DNA from: Acutalibacteraceae bacterium
Lineage (GTDB): Bacteria; Bacillota; Clostridia; Oscillospirales; Acutalibacteraceae
NCBI GenBank assembly: GCA_045642385.1
Contig: JAZUIT010000355.1
Coordinates: forward strand, 1 to 61,313
DNA: 61,313 nucleotides
Reading direction: 5' to 3'
The notes under the pieces are model-generated. The model ran no database searches. It saw nothing but the letters and a program-made list of their open reading frames with translations, and was not told the origin of the DNA. Of this stretch, positions 36,332-45,912 are shown piece by piece; the stretch's first letter is position 1, and every line of letters starts with the position of its first letter. Position numbers and translations under genes: made by a program.

Positions 36332-36934
36332 ATGTTGAAAACTGTCAAAGGAAGTATATGTGCGGGGATTTTAATCGCAATAGGCGGAAGTGTTTTCTTA
36401 GCTTGCGACAATAAGTATGTGGGTGCGGTGTTGTTTTCCGTGGCGTTACTTTGCATCTGCTATTTAGGTTATTATTTGTATACAGGAAAAATAGGCTATC
36501 TCACCGAGGATTATTCAGGTAAAAATATAGGAACACTCGCTGTGGGACTTATAGGTAATCTTATTGTAACATTTTTGCTGGGTATGTTGGTAAGTTATTT
36601 TATACCGAATTTAGGTGAAAAAGCATTTACAATATGCAGCGGTAAATTGGAGCAAAGCTTTTTAAGCACTTTTGTCAGAGCGATATTCTGCGGAATATTA
36701 ATGTATTTAGCTGTTCAGATTTTCAGAGAAAAGAAAACACCTTTGGGAATTATTTTCTGTATTCCCGTATTCATTTTAAGCGGTTTTGAACATTCCGTTG
36801 CAGATATGTTCTATTTCGGTGCTTCGGGAATATTTGATGTTAAAATTTTGAGCTTTGAGTTGGCGGCTGTTTTAGGAAACTCCGCAGGCAGTCTGATTTT
36901 ACCCTTATTATCAAAAGAAAAAATTAAAAATTAA
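36332..36934 (+). CDS. Formate/nitrite transporter (FNT) family protein, short 200-aa form
   Basis: Multi-TM protein with the FNT signature [15 protein letters not shown] lies 8 nt upstream of the ATG. Confidence 0.75.
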   Translation: MLKTVKGSICAGILIAIGGSVFLACDNKYVGAVLFSVALLCICYLGYYLYTGKIGYLTEDYSGKNIGTLAVGLIGNLIVTFLLGMLVSYFIPNLGEKAFTICSGKLEQSFLSTFVRAIFCGILMYLAVQIFREKKTPLGIIFCIPVFILSGFEHSVADMFYFGASGIFDVKILSFELAAVLGNSAGSLILPLLSKEKIKN

Positions 36935-36953
36935 AAAATCGGAGGTGCTTAAA

Positions 36954-37538
36954 ATGGCACAAAGAGGATTACCCCAAGAGGGTCAGTCAAAAGTAGTAAT
37001 GAAAACAAATATGGGCGATATTAAAATCAAGCTTTTTGATGAGCTTGTACCCAAAACCGTGGAAAATTTCTTAGGTCTTGCAAAGAAAGGCTATTATGAC
37101 GGAATAATTTTTCACAGAGTTATAAAGGATTTTATGATTCAGGGCGGCGACCCGACAGGAACCGGCAGAGGCGGTGAAAGCATCTGGGGGAAACCGTTTC
37201 AGGATGAATTTACCCCTGAGCTTCATAATATCAGAGGTGCTTTGTCCATGGCAAATGCAGGTCCCAACACGAACGGAAGTCAGTTCTTTATTGTACAGCT
37301 CAAAGAAGCCGGTGCGGAAATGATTTCACAGATGAAGCAGATACCCGATAGATTTCCTCCGGAATGTGTTGCCGATTATGAGGAAGTGGGCGGTACACCG
37401 TGGCTTGATTACAGACATACCGTTTTCGGACAGGTTTACGAGGGTATGGATGTAGTTGACAAGATTGCTGAGTTGAAGGTTGATATGCTGGATAAACCGT
37501 TTGAAAAAGTGTATATAGAGAGTATTATTATAGAATAA
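36954..37538 (+). CDS. ppiB: Peptidyl-prolyl cis-trans isomerase, cyclophilin type
   Basis: [15 protein letters not shown] and [15 protein letters not shown] motifs. GGAGG lies 8 nt before ATG 36954. Confidence 0.92.
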   Translation: MAQRGLPQEGQSKVVMKTNMGDIKIKLFDELVPKTVENFLGLAKKGYYDGIIFHRVIKDFMIQGGDPTGTGRGGESIWGKPFQDEFTPELHNIRGALSMANAGPNTNGSQFFIVQLKEAGAEMISQMKQIPDRFPPECVADYEEVGGTPWLDYRHTVFGQVYEGMDVVDKIAELKVDMLDKPFEKVYIESIIIE

Positions 37539-37553
37539 AATCAGGGACTGTTG

Positions 37554-37579
37554 CATTTAGCACAGTCCCGATAGATTTA
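37554..37579. terminator. Hairpin between convergent ppiB and the amidohydrolase gene
   Basis: GGGACTGT-tgcatttagc-ACAGTCCC. The U-tracts are weak on both strands. Confidence 0.5.
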
Positions 37580-38368
37580 TCATTTATACTTTTTCATAAG
37601 CTTTTCAAAATTTTTATGCATAATTTTTTCGTACAGCTCAGGCGGCAGGTTCAGATTTTTAATGAATTTCAGTTCATTTTCCATATCCCACATAGGATAA
37701 TCTGTACCGAAAAACACCTTATCTTCACCGTAAAAGCTTATTAATTCCCGTGTCTTTTCGGGTGACAGGGCATAAAGACTGCTGGAAGTATCGACATAAA
37801 CATTGTCAAGTTTCAGATACTTTACTGCATCGTCCCATTCCGACCAGCCGCCGAAATGTGCGGCAATAATATCAAGCTTCGGAAAATCCTTTGCTACCTT
37901 TGCGAGCTTTTGCGGCTTTGAATATTGGGTTCTGTAATCCCCGGTATGGAAAAGTACAGGTAATTTCCCTTCTGCCGCTTCGTAAATTTTATATGCTTTT
38001 TTGTCGTCAATATTAAATTCCTGAAAATCCGGATGAAGCTTAATGCCGCTTAAACCGTTGTTTATCGCATCTTTAATCAGTTCATCAATGTTTTCACAGT
38101 CCGGATGAAGTGCGGCAAAGCCTATAAATCTGCCGTTGCTTTTCCTTACTTCATCTGCAATAAACTTGTTTATGGAGTTTACCTGTTTTGCAGTTGTGGC
38201 AACGGAACAGATAAGAAATTTATCAATGCCGTTTTTATCGCCGAGTTCACGAAGTTTTTTTGTTGTCCCGTCAAATTTCATAGCAAGACTGTAAAAATTC
38301 CCGATGTTTTCGGAAGCCTTGCTTGCAATTTTATCAGGGAAAATATGCGTATGTGCATCAATAATCAT
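37580..38368 (-). CDS. Metal-dependent TIM-barrel amidohydrolase (Amidohydro_2-like)
   Basis: MIIDAHTHIF N-terminus, internal H (KLHPDF, FHTGD), and C-terminal GTDYP aspartate motif. Confidence 0.75.
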   Translation of the reverse strand: MIIDAHTHIFPDKIASKASENIGNFYSLAMKFDGTTKKLRELGDKNGIDKFLICSVATTAKQVNSINKFIADEVRKSNGRFIGFAALHPDCENIDELIKDAINNGLSGIKLHPDFQEFNIDDKKAYKIYEAAEGKLPVLFHTGDYRTQYSKPQKLAKVAKDFPKLDIIAAHFGGWSEWDDAVKYLKLDNVYVDTSSSLYALSPEKTRELISFYGEDKVFFGTDYPMWDMENELKFIKNLNLPPELYEKIMHKNFEKLMKKYK

Positions 38369-38426
38369 TTATCATCACCAATAGTATTATACAGTATTTT
38401 TTCAGTTTTTTCAATGAGGAATTTAA

Positions 38427-40511
38427 ATGTATAAAAAGATTATTTCAATATTGCTTGTTGTTTTGCTTTTTGTTCTCAGCGGATGTACAAAAAATAAAAT
38501 GAAAGCGGAGCTTATAAAACCGGAAAATACAAAAATTGTAACCGGAACCGAGACGGATAATAAATATATAACTTGTGGACTGTCAGCGGAAAAAATTTCC
38601 GAGGACGGTTATTTACAGTTATATTTTGACAGGATTTCCTATTCTGTATTTGTGAAGGATGTTATGCACAATGCGGTGTGGCGTTCTTTACCTGTTAAAT
38701 ATTTCGACTCAGCAAGTGTCATTGAGGTTAAATATGCAACGGAAAAAGGAACCTATGTTTTAAATTCTCAAAGTGACTGTGTACTCAAAAATAATGTTCG
38801 CAGTGAAAAGATTAAAGACGGAATAAAAGTAATTTATCTGTTTTGTCCGGACAACGACACAAAAATTGAGGTTTATATTAATTACACATTATCTGACGGT
38901 GCGTTGAATACTGAAGCTTCATATAAAATTATTTCCGGAACGGGTGTTTTACAGTCAATTTCACTTTTGCCTTATATGGCAGCATCAGGAAATTGTGAAA
39001 AGGGAGATTATGTATTGCTTCCTGACGGTTGCGGTATGAAAATCAATACAGATGACTGTACCCAAAAAACCGAAAAACTTTCCTTTGCGGTTTACGGAAA
39101 TGATATTACGGTCAACAATAAAAAATATCAGTATTCGGCAATAGCCGGTGTGTTCGGCATAAAAAATTCAAATAAGGCTATGGCGGCGACTGTAACAAAG
39201 GGCGATGCAATTTCAGTTATAAATTTCATAAAAGCCGAAAGCAGTAATGAATTAAACAGAGTTTATCCGGAGTTTATTATAACTCCGACAGAAAATAAAA
39301 ACGGCAGAATATATTACGGTAATTCGCCTTATAGCGGTTCAATAAAAACGGTTTACCGTTTTCTTTCAGGGAAAACCGCTGATTATTCGGGTATGGCAAA
39401 CGCTTGCAGAGAAGTGCTTATCAGAGAAAAAATTTTGCCGTTACACAATATTTCGCAAAGTGAAAAAGTTAATCTGAATTTATCCGTAGCAGGCAGCATA
39501 TTCAATAAAAAAATTATTAAAGCCACCACCTTTGAACAGGCGGAGGAAATGCTTATTAGGCTGAAAGCTAAGGGTGTTGACAACATTTCCGCTGTTTTAA
39601 ACGGTACTTTGAGCGGCGGAGTTAATCAGGATAAAATTGAAAATGCAAAAGCTTTGTCGTGCTTGGGAGGAAAGCCGGACTTCAAAAAGCTTTGTGAGTA
39701 TGCAAATTCTCAGAAAATGGACTTATATCAGGGTATGGATATTCTGTCCGCAAATTCGGGAAGTGCAAAAAATATTTTCAACAAAAAAGCTGTTACCGAG
39801 ATTACAGACAGCTTTTCAACATATAATAAAAAATTCATTAATACAAGTAAATTAAGCGGTATTATTGAAAAAATAATTGACAAATTTTCAGATACGACAG
39901 GATATTATATCAGCGATTCGGATTTGATTTATACCGATTTTTCTGCAAAAACGGACAGACAGATGTGTGCGGATAATTTTTCAAAAAACATATCATCTCT
40001 GTTGGCTCACAAAAAGATTACGGTAAAAACCGGAAATTTTTATCTTCTGAAAAATGCAGATAAAATTTTAGATATCCCCACAGAAACTCAGTTGCCCGAA
40101 AATGATTTTTGTGAAAGGGTACCTTTTATGCAGATAATTCTCCACGGCTGTGTAAAATATGCTTCAACTCCGATAAATTTGTCGGCAAACACCAATAAAG
40201 CGATATTGAAATGTATTGAGTACGGTTGTGAACCGAATTTTCTGTTATGCTACGGTAATGAAAAATATGAATTTGACAAAAAAATTCTCTTTGAAAATGA
40301 GATAAATAATGCGGTGAAAGCTTATACAGATATTTCTGAGGCTTTGGGCGGACTTTCGGGTGATAGAATAACATCATATAAGATTGTTTCAAAAGGTCTT
40401 ACCTGTACCTGTTTTTCATCGGGGACCGAAATTTATGTAAATTCAACAGATAAAGATGCTGAAATTAACGGAATACAAGTTCCTGCTATGAGTTTTTTAC
40501 GAAAAAATTAA
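38427..40511 (+). CDS. Large hypothetical lipoprotein (694 aa)
   Basis: Signal peptide and lipobox ILLVVLLFVLSGC. I recognise no catalytic motif. The central region looks like an alpha/beta barrel (RLKAKGVDNISAVLNG). Confidence 0.6.
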   Translation: MYKKIISILLVVLLFVLSGCTKNKMKAELIKPENTKIVTGTETDNKYITCGLSAEKISEDGYLQLYFDRISYSVFVKDVMHNAVWRSLPVKYFDSASVIEVKYATEKGTYVLNSQSDCVLKNNVRSEKIKDGIKVIYLFCPDNDTKIEVYINYTLSDGALNTEASYKIISGTGVLQSISLLPYMAASGNCEKGDYVLLPDGCGMKINTDDCTQKTEKLSFAVYGNDITVNNKKYQYSAIAGVFGIKNSNKAMAATVTKGDAISVINFIKAESSNELNRVYPEFIITPTENKNGRIYYGNSPYSGSIKTVYRFLSGKTADYSGMANACREVLIREKILPLHNISQSEKVNLNLSVAGSIFNKKIIKATTFEQAEEMLIRLKAKGVDNISAVLNGTLSGGVNQDKIENAKALSCLGGKPDFKKLCEYANSQKMDLYQGMDILSANSGSAKNIFNKKAVTEITDSFSTYNKKFINTSKLSGIIEKIIDKFSDTTGYYISDSDLIYTDFSAKTDRQMCADNFSKNISSLLAHKKITVKTGNFYLLKNADKILDIPTETQLPENDFCERVPFMQIILHGCVKYASTPINLSANTNKAILKCIEYGCEPNFLLCYGNEKYEFDKKILFENEINNAVKAYTDISEALGGLSGDRITSYKIVSKGLTCTCFSSGTEIYVNSTDKDAEINGIQVPAMSFLRKN

Positions 40512-40530
40512 TAAAAAAATCTTTTTCCTA

Positions 40531-40559
40531 TTGAAAACTTTTGGATTTTAGGGTAAAAT
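40531..40559 (+). promoter_or_regulatory. Sigma-A promoter for pgi
   Basis: TTGAAA (40531-36), 17-nt spacer, TAAAAT (40554-59). This places the transcription start downstream of the 40541 ORF start. Confidence 0.6.
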
Positions 40560-40588
40560 ATAGTAGTGATATTTCTGGAGGTTCAACA

Positions 40589-41923
40589 ATGCAATTAAAA
40601 TTCAACAGTGACTACGCAAAAAAGTTTATTTCAGATGAGGAGTTATCTGCCATTGAACCGGAGGTATTAAAGGCTTTTAATACACTTCACAATAAAACCG
40701 GTGCAGGCAGTGATTTTACAGGTTGGGTGGATTTACCTGTAAATTATGATAAAGAAGAATTTGCAAGAATTAAGGCGGCGGCAAAGAAAATACAGGCTAA
40801 TTCCGAAGCACTTGTGGTTATCGGTATCGGCGGTTCTTATTTAGGAGCAAGGGCAGCTATTGAGTTTTGTAAATCTCAGAATTATAATTTGCTGAAAAAG
40901 GATACGCCTGATATTTATTTTGTAGGTAATACAATAAGCTCAACTTATACAAACGAGATTATTTCTTTACTTGACGGTAAAGATTTTTCCGTTAATGTTA
41001 TTTCAAAATCGGGTACAACGACAGAGCCTGCCGTGGCTTTCAGAATTTTCAAGGAAATGCTTGAAAATAAATACGGCAAAGAGGAAGCGGCAAAGAGGAT
41101 TTTTGCTACGACTGATAAAAACAAAGGTACTTTAAAAGAATTGTCGGATAAAAACGGATACGAAACTTTTGTTGTTCCCGATGATATCGGCGGCAGATAT
41201 TCCGTTTTGACAGCGGTTGGACTTCTGCCCATAGCGGTTGCCGGAGTTGACATTGATATGTTGATGAAAGGTGCCGGGGATGCAAGGGAAGCCTATTCAA
41301 AAGCTGATATGAGCAACGACTGCTGTAAATATGCCGCTATCAGAAATATTCTTTACCGTAAAGGTAAGCTTATTGAAATGTGCGTAAGCTATGAGCCTTC
41401 ATTTACTATGATGTGTGAATGGTTCAAACAGCTTTTCGGCGAAAGCGAAGGAAAGGATTTAAAGGGAATTTATCCTTCATCTGCCATATTCTCAACGGAT
41501 TTACATTCTTTGGGACAGTATGTTCAGGACGGCGAACGCAGGCTTTTTGAAACGGCAGTTATTTTTGATGAGCCGAAAAGCGATATAGTTATAAAAGAAG
41601 ACTCTGTAAATGCTGACGGACTGAATTTTGTTGCAGGTAAAAATTTATCCTATGTCAACAGAAAAGCCTTTGAGGGTACGGTTTTGGCTCACGCAGACGG
41701 CGGTGTTCCCACACTTGTTATTGAGCTTTCAAAACCCGATGAATACAACTTGGGCAATCTTTTCTATTTCTTTGAAACAGCCTGTGCAATTTCAGGCTAC
41801 ACCTTGGGCATCAATCCCTTTAACCAGAACGGTGTTGAAGATTACAAAAAGAATATGTTCGCACTTTTGGGTAAGCCCGGTTATGAAAGCAGAAAATCGG
41901 AACTCGAAAACAGATTAAAATAA
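40589..41923 (+). CDS. pgi: Glucose-6-phosphate isomerase
   Basis: [24 protein letters not shown] and GGRYSVL motifs. GGAGG lies 7 nt before ATG 40589. Confidence 0.93.
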   Translation: MQLKFNSDYAKKFISDEELSAIEPEVLKAFNTLHNKTGAGSDFTGWVDLPVNYDKEEFARIKAAAKKIQANSEALVVIGIGGSYLGARAAIEFCKSQNYNLLKKDTPDIYFVGNTISSTYTNEIISLLDGKDFSVNVISKSGTTTEPAVAFRIFKEMLENKYGKEEAAKRIFATTDKNKGTLKELSDKNGYETFVVPDDIGGRYSVLTAVGLLPIAVAGVDIDMLMKGAGDAREAYSKADMSNDCCKYAAIRNILYRKGKLIEMCVSYEPSFTMMCEWFKQLFGESEGKDLKGIYPSSAIFSTDLHSLGQYVQDGERRLFETAVIFDEPKSDIVIKEDSVNADGLNFVAGKNLSYVNRKAFEGTVLAHADGGVPTLVIELSKPDEYNLGNLFYFFETACAISGYTLGINPFNQNGVEDYKKNMFALLGKPGYESRKSELENRLK

Positions 41924-41974
41924 GTTTTCGGTTCTTCCATACATAAAAATATAAATATACAGGAGGAAACAAAA

Positions 41975-42397
41975 ATGATTTCTTTAATTTTAGGACGCAA
42001 GGGTTCGGGTAAGACAAAATTTCTCATCAATGCAGTAAATGAGGCTGTTGAAAAAACAAACGGTAATGTTATCTGCGTTGAAAAGGAAACGGGACTTACA
42101 TACGATGTTAATTACAGAGCGAGGTTGGTTGTTGCTGACCGTTACGGCATCAAAGGCTATGACGCATTCTTCGGATTTATCAGCGGCATTTGTGCAGGCG
42201 ATAACGATATTACAGATATACTTATTGATGCTACGCTTAAAATCGGCGGCGATGATTTTAATGCACTTGCCTGTTTCTTAAAGAAGCTTGCCGGTCTTGC
42301 AGATTTAAGTAACACAAAAATTACATTGACGATTTCGGCAGACCCCGAAGAACTTCCGGTTGAGATTTTCGAATATTGTCAGCAGATTAATAAATAA
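41975..42397 (+). CDS. Small P-loop protein (140 aa), function unknown
   Basis: Walker A GRKGSGKT at residues 7-14, and a possible Walker B hhhhD in DILIDAT. AGGAGG lies 8 nt upstream. Confidence 0.55.
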   Translation: MISLILGRKGSGKTKFLINAVNEAVEKTNGNVICVEKETGLTYDVNYRARLVVADRYGIKGYDAFFGFISGICAGDNDITDILIDATLKIGGDDFNALACFLKKLAGLADLSNTKITLTISADPEELPVEIFEYCQQINK

Positions 42398-42414
42398 AAT
42401 TTAAGAAAAATATC

Positions 42415-42443
42415 TTGACAAATATATAAAAAATTAGTATAAT
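42415..42443 (+). promoter_or_regulatory. Consensus sigma-A promoter for yceD-rpmF
   Basis: TTGACA (42415-20), 17-nt spacer, TATAAT (42438-43). Confidence 0.75.
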
Positions 42444-42472
42444 ATTGTCTATGTGATGTTGGGAGTGATTTT

Positions 42473-42967
42473 GTGATATTGGAGCTTGAACCCATATTTA
42501 ACAATATCGGTGCTCAAAAGGATTTCAGTTACGAAATATCTTTGGCAGATGAAGATATCATGGGATTTAAGCCGTTTAGAACACCCGTCAAGGTGACAGG
42601 AGCAGTAAAGAACACCACCGGAATTGTTACAATAACGGCAAAGGCGGAGTTTATTTATCACGGATTTTGCGATAGATGTGCATCGGAGCTTAACAGAAAA
42701 ACTGTTGTCCCGGTTGAGCATATTCTTGTTGCATCACTCAATAATGATGAGGATTCAAGTTTTATTCTTATAGAGGATATGCGACTTGATCTTGATGAGC
42801 TTGTATCCGAGGATATTTTTCTCGGACTGCCGACTAAGTATCTTTGTGATGAAAACTGCAAGGGCTTGTGTCCTATGTGCGGTAAAAATCTCAATGAGGG
42901 TGAATGCGGTTGCAAAAAACCTGTTGACCCGCGGTTAGAAGCTTTATCTCAGTTATTGGATAATTAA
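42473..42967 (+). CDS. yceD: YceD family (DUF177) large-subunit ribosome assembly protein
   Basis: C-terminal Cys cluster CDENCKGLCPMCGKNLNEGECGC. Position directly upstream of rpmF is canonical. Starts at GTG. Confidence 0.85.
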   Translation: MILELEPIFNNIGAQKDFSYEISLADEDIMGFKPFRTPVKVTGAVKNTTGIVTITAKAEFIYHGFCDRCASELNRKTVVPVEHILVASLNNDEDSSFILIEDMRLDLDELVSEDIFLGLPTKYLCDENCKGLCPMCGKNLNEGECGCKKPVDPRLEALSQLLDN

Positions 42968-42997
42968 TGAACTTTATGTTTTTAAGGAGGTGCTGAA

Positions 42998-43177
42998 ATG
43001 GCGGTACCGGCAAGGAGAATATCTAAGGCAAAGAAAAACAGCAGACGCAGCAGCGTTTGGAAGTTGCAGCAGCCTGAGCTTGTTGCTTGTCCACAGTGCG
43101 GTGAATTAAAAAGACCGCATAGACTTTGTGCTGAATGTGGTTATTACAACGGCAGAAAAGTTGTATCTGATGACTAA
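42998..43177 (+). CDS. rpmF: 50S ribosomal protein L32 (59 aa; not in the supplied ORF track)
   Basis: Manual translation gives MAVPARRISKAKKNSRRSSVWKLQQPELVACPQCGELKRPHRLCAECGYYNGRKVVSDD. AAGGAGG lies 7 nt upstream. The CxxC...CxxC zinc form is present. Confidence 0.92.
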   Translation: MAVPARRISKAKKNSRRSSVWKLQQPELVACPQCGELKRPHRLCAECGYYNGRKVVSDD

Positions 43178-43205
43178 GGCTGATTGTCTTGCGAAAATGT
43201 AAAAA

Positions 43206-43245
43206 GCAGAGGTGGAGGGGACAGCAGTGTCCGCTCTGCCTTTTT
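43206..43245 (+). terminator. Rho-independent terminator after rpmF
   Basis: GCAGAGG...GGAC-agca-GTCC...CTCTGC hairpin followed by CTTTTT. Confidence 0.7.
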
Positions 43246-43267
43246 GCGTTTTAAAGGGGAAAAACAA

Positions 43268-44587
43268 ATGTCAGTAAAGATATTTTCGGTAAATGACAAT
43301 TCAATATGTAATAAAAAAGGTATTGTCGGCGGTGATGTTTTAAATAAAATCAACGGTAACGATATTAACGATGTTTTAGACTATGATTTTTACGCCGGTG
43401 AGGAAGAATTAATACTTGAAATTAAAAGGCAAAATGAAAAGCTCCGGCTTGTGAAAATTTATAAGGACGAGGATGAAGATATAGGACTTCAATTTGAAAC
43501 CTATTTAATGGATAAACAACACCGTTGTTCTAATAAGTGCATTTTCTGCTTTATTGACCAGTTGCCAAAGGGTATGCGTGAAAGCCTTTATTTCAAGGAT
43601 GATGATTCACGCCTTTCGTTTTTGTTCGGAAATTATATCACTCTTACAAATTTAAAACAGGCTGATGTGGACAGGATAATTAAAATGCACATAAGCCCCG
43701 TAAATGTTTCCGTTCATACCATGAACCCTGATTTGCGTGTTAAAATGATGAAAAATCCCAACGCCGGGAAATGCCTTGACTATTTAAAACAGTTTGCGGA
43801 TGCCGGAATTAAAATAAATGCACAGCTTGTTTTATGTCCCGGAATAAATGACGGGGAGGAACTCAGCTACTCTTTGGAGGAGTTGGGCAAGCTTTATCCT
43901 GCCGTTGAAAGTATTGCGGCGGTTCCTGTGGGACTTTCAGACCACAGAAAAGGACTTTTTCCCTTAAAAAATTACAAAAAAATGACCGCAAATGATGTTT
44001 TATCGAGAATAGAGGTTTTCAATTCTCATTTTTTGTGGTATAATAAAACGATAATAGCTTATCCTGCGGATGAATTTTATATTATTGCCGGAAAAGAAAT
44101 TCCAAAAGCTGAATTTTACGGCGACTATCCCCAGCTTGAAAACGGCGTGGGTATGTGGGCATTGTTAAAGGATGAGTTTTATAAAGCATTGGACGAGATT
44201 GAAACAACCGATTTCCCCGAACACAGAATTACGGCGGCAACGGGGGAAGCGGCTTATCCTCTTATAAAAGAGCTTTCCGAAGCTTTAAATAAAAAATGTC
44301 CGCAAATTAATATCAATGTTATAAAAATTAAGAATAATACCTTCGGCAAAAACATAACCGTTTCCGGGCTTTTGTGCGGTAAGGATTATTATGAGCAATT
44401 AAAGGATATTGATTTGGGTGAGGAGCTGTTAATTCCGGGCAACTCGTTACGCAGAGAGGGCGATATTTTCCTTGATGATGTTTCTGTTGAGGAGTTGTCG
44501 GGAAAGTTAAATATAAAAATCAATGCTGTTGAGGCTGACGGATATGAGCTTCTCAATGCTATGATAAACAGAAGGGTGGAAGAATAA
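43268..44587 (+). CDS. DUF512 protein: PDZ-like N-terminus + radical-SAM-like core
   Basis: CSNKCIFCF (CxxxCxxC) and a DUF512-type C-terminus. Position immediately upstream of der is conserved in Clostridia. ATG 43268 lies downstream of the rpmF terminator. Confidence 0.8.
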   Translation: MSVKIFSVNDNSICNKKGIVGGDVLNKINGNDINDVLDYDFYAGEEELILEIKRQNEKLRLVKIYKDEDEDIGLQFETYLMDKQHRCSNKCIFCFIDQLPKGMRESLYFKDDDSRLSFLFGNYITLTNLKQADVDRIIKMHISPVNVSVHTMNPDLRVKMMKNPNAGKCLDYLKQFADAGIKINAQLVLCPGINDGEELSYSLEELGKLYPAVESIAAVPVGLSDHRKGLFPLKNYKKMTANDVLSRIEVFNSHFLWYNKTIIAYPADEFYIIAGKEIPKAEFYGDYPQLENGVGMWALLKDEFYKALDEIETTDFPEHRITAATGEAAYPLIKELSEALNKKCPQININVIKIKNNTFGKNITVSGLLCGKDYYEQLKDIDLGEELLIPGNSLRREGDIFLDDVSVEELSGKLNIKINAVEADGYELLNAMINRRVEE

Positions 44588-45912
44588 TGTCAAAACCGGT
44601 AGTTGCGATTGTAGGCAGACCAAATGTGGGAAAATCCACATTATTTAATAAGCTTACGGGACGCAGATTTTCCATAGTTGACGATACTCCGGGTGTCACC
44701 CGTGACAGAATATACGGTGATTGCGAATGGTTGGGACATAGTTTCCTGCTTGTTGATACAGGCGGTATTGAGCCTTACAGTACGGATAAAATTTTATCTC
44801 AGATGCGTACACAGGCACAGGTTGCAATTGAAAGTGCGGATGTAATAATTTTTGTTACCGATTTAACGACAGGTGTTGTCGCCAACGACCAGGAGGTTGC
44901 AACAATGCTTTTAAAGAGCGGCAAAAAAATTGTCCTCTGTGTAAATAAATGCGATACAATAGGCGAACTTCCACCGGAAATATATGAGTTTTATAATTTG
45001 GGTTTAGGCGACCCCATCGGTGTTTCATCCGTTCACGGTCACGGCACAGGTGATTTGCTTGATGCAGTTATTGAAAATGTCCGTGAATATGAGGATGAAG
45101 AAGACGAGGGCGAAGAAGCAATAAAAGTTGCCGTTATCGGTAAGCCTAATGTGGGAAAATCTTCACTTGTAAACCGTATTGCCGGTGAGGACAGGATGAT
45201 AGTTTCCGATATTGCCGGAACTACAAGAGATGCCACCGATACTCTAATTGAAAATGATTACGGTAAATTTGTTTTTATTGATACGGCAGGTCTTCGCAGA
45301 AAAAGCCGTGTTGATGATGCAATTGAAAAATACAGCGTTATCCGCTCTAAATTAGCGGTTGACCGTGCCACAGTGTGTTTGATTATGATAGATGCAACGG
45401 AAGGTTTTACGGAGCAGGATTCCAAGGTTGCCGGTATTGCTCATGACGAGGGTAAGGCTTGCATAGTCGTTGTAAATAAATGGGATGCCGTTGAAAAGGA
45501 CGGTAAAACCATGGATAAATTCCGTAAGGATTTAATGGCTGATTTAGCATTTATGTCTTATGCTCCCATAATTTTTATTTCCGCTAAAACGGGTTTGAGG
45601 ATTGACAGATTGTTTGAGCTTATTAAATTTGTTGACAGTCAGAATGCTATGAGAATTTCCACAGGTAAGCTCAATGATGTGCTGGCAGATGCCACCGCAA
45701 GGGTACAACCGCCATCGGACAAGGGCAGAAGACTTAAAATTTATTATATCACTCAGGCTTCCACAAGACCGCCGACATTTGTATGCTTTGTGAACAATAA
45801 GGAATTGTTCCATTACAGCTATCAAAGATATATTGACAATCAGATTCGTGAGGTTTTCGGGCTTGAGGGTACTCCCACAAAGATGGTTATTCGTGAAAGG
45901 GATAAGAAATGA
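44587..45912 (+). CDS. der: Ribosome-associated GTPase Der/EngA (tandem G domains + KH-like domain)
   Basis: GRPNVGKST and GKPNVGKSS P-loops, DTGG / DTAG, and NKCD / NKWD. Confidence 0.95.
   Translation: MSKPVVAIVGRPNVGKSTLFNKLTGRRFSIVDDTPGVTRDRIYGDCEWLGHSFLLVDTGGIEPYSTDKILSQMRTQAQVAIESADVIIFVTDLTTGVVANDQEVATMLLKSGKKIVLCVNKCDTIGELPPEIYEFYNLGLGDPIGVSSVHGHGTGDLLDAVIENVREYEDEEDEGEEAIKVAVIGKPNVGKSSLVNRIAGEDRMIVSDIAGTTRDATDTLIENDYGKFVFIDTAGLRRKSRVDDAIEKYSVIRSKLAVDRATVCLIMIDATEGFTEQDSKVAGIAHDEGKACIVVVNKWDAVEKDGKTMDKFRKDLMADLAFMSYAPIIFISAKTGLRIDRLFELIKFVDSQNAMRISTGKLNDVLADATARVQPPSDKGRRLKIYYITQASTRPPTFVCFVNNKELFHYSYQRYIDNQIREVFGLEGTPTKMVIRERDKK

Noticed and set aside
25541-37579. Two hairpins (25541-25566 and 37554-37579) share the arms GGGACTGT...CAGTCC(C)
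   Set aside because: Only the 6-8 nt arms match. Loops and flanks differ, and two occurrences of a short GC-rich stem are compatible with chance. I do not treat this as a repeat family without a genome-wide count.
40541-40588. Upstream extension of pgi (TTG 40541)
   Set aside because: A TTGAAA-17-TAAAAT promoter at 40531-40559 would start transcription downstream of 40541. ATG 40589 has a GGAGG RBS and gives the normal Pgi N-terminus.
43184-43267. Upstream extension of the DUF512 ORF (start at 43184)
   Set aside because: The extension runs through the rpmF terminator hairpin (43206-43245). ATG 43268 follows it.
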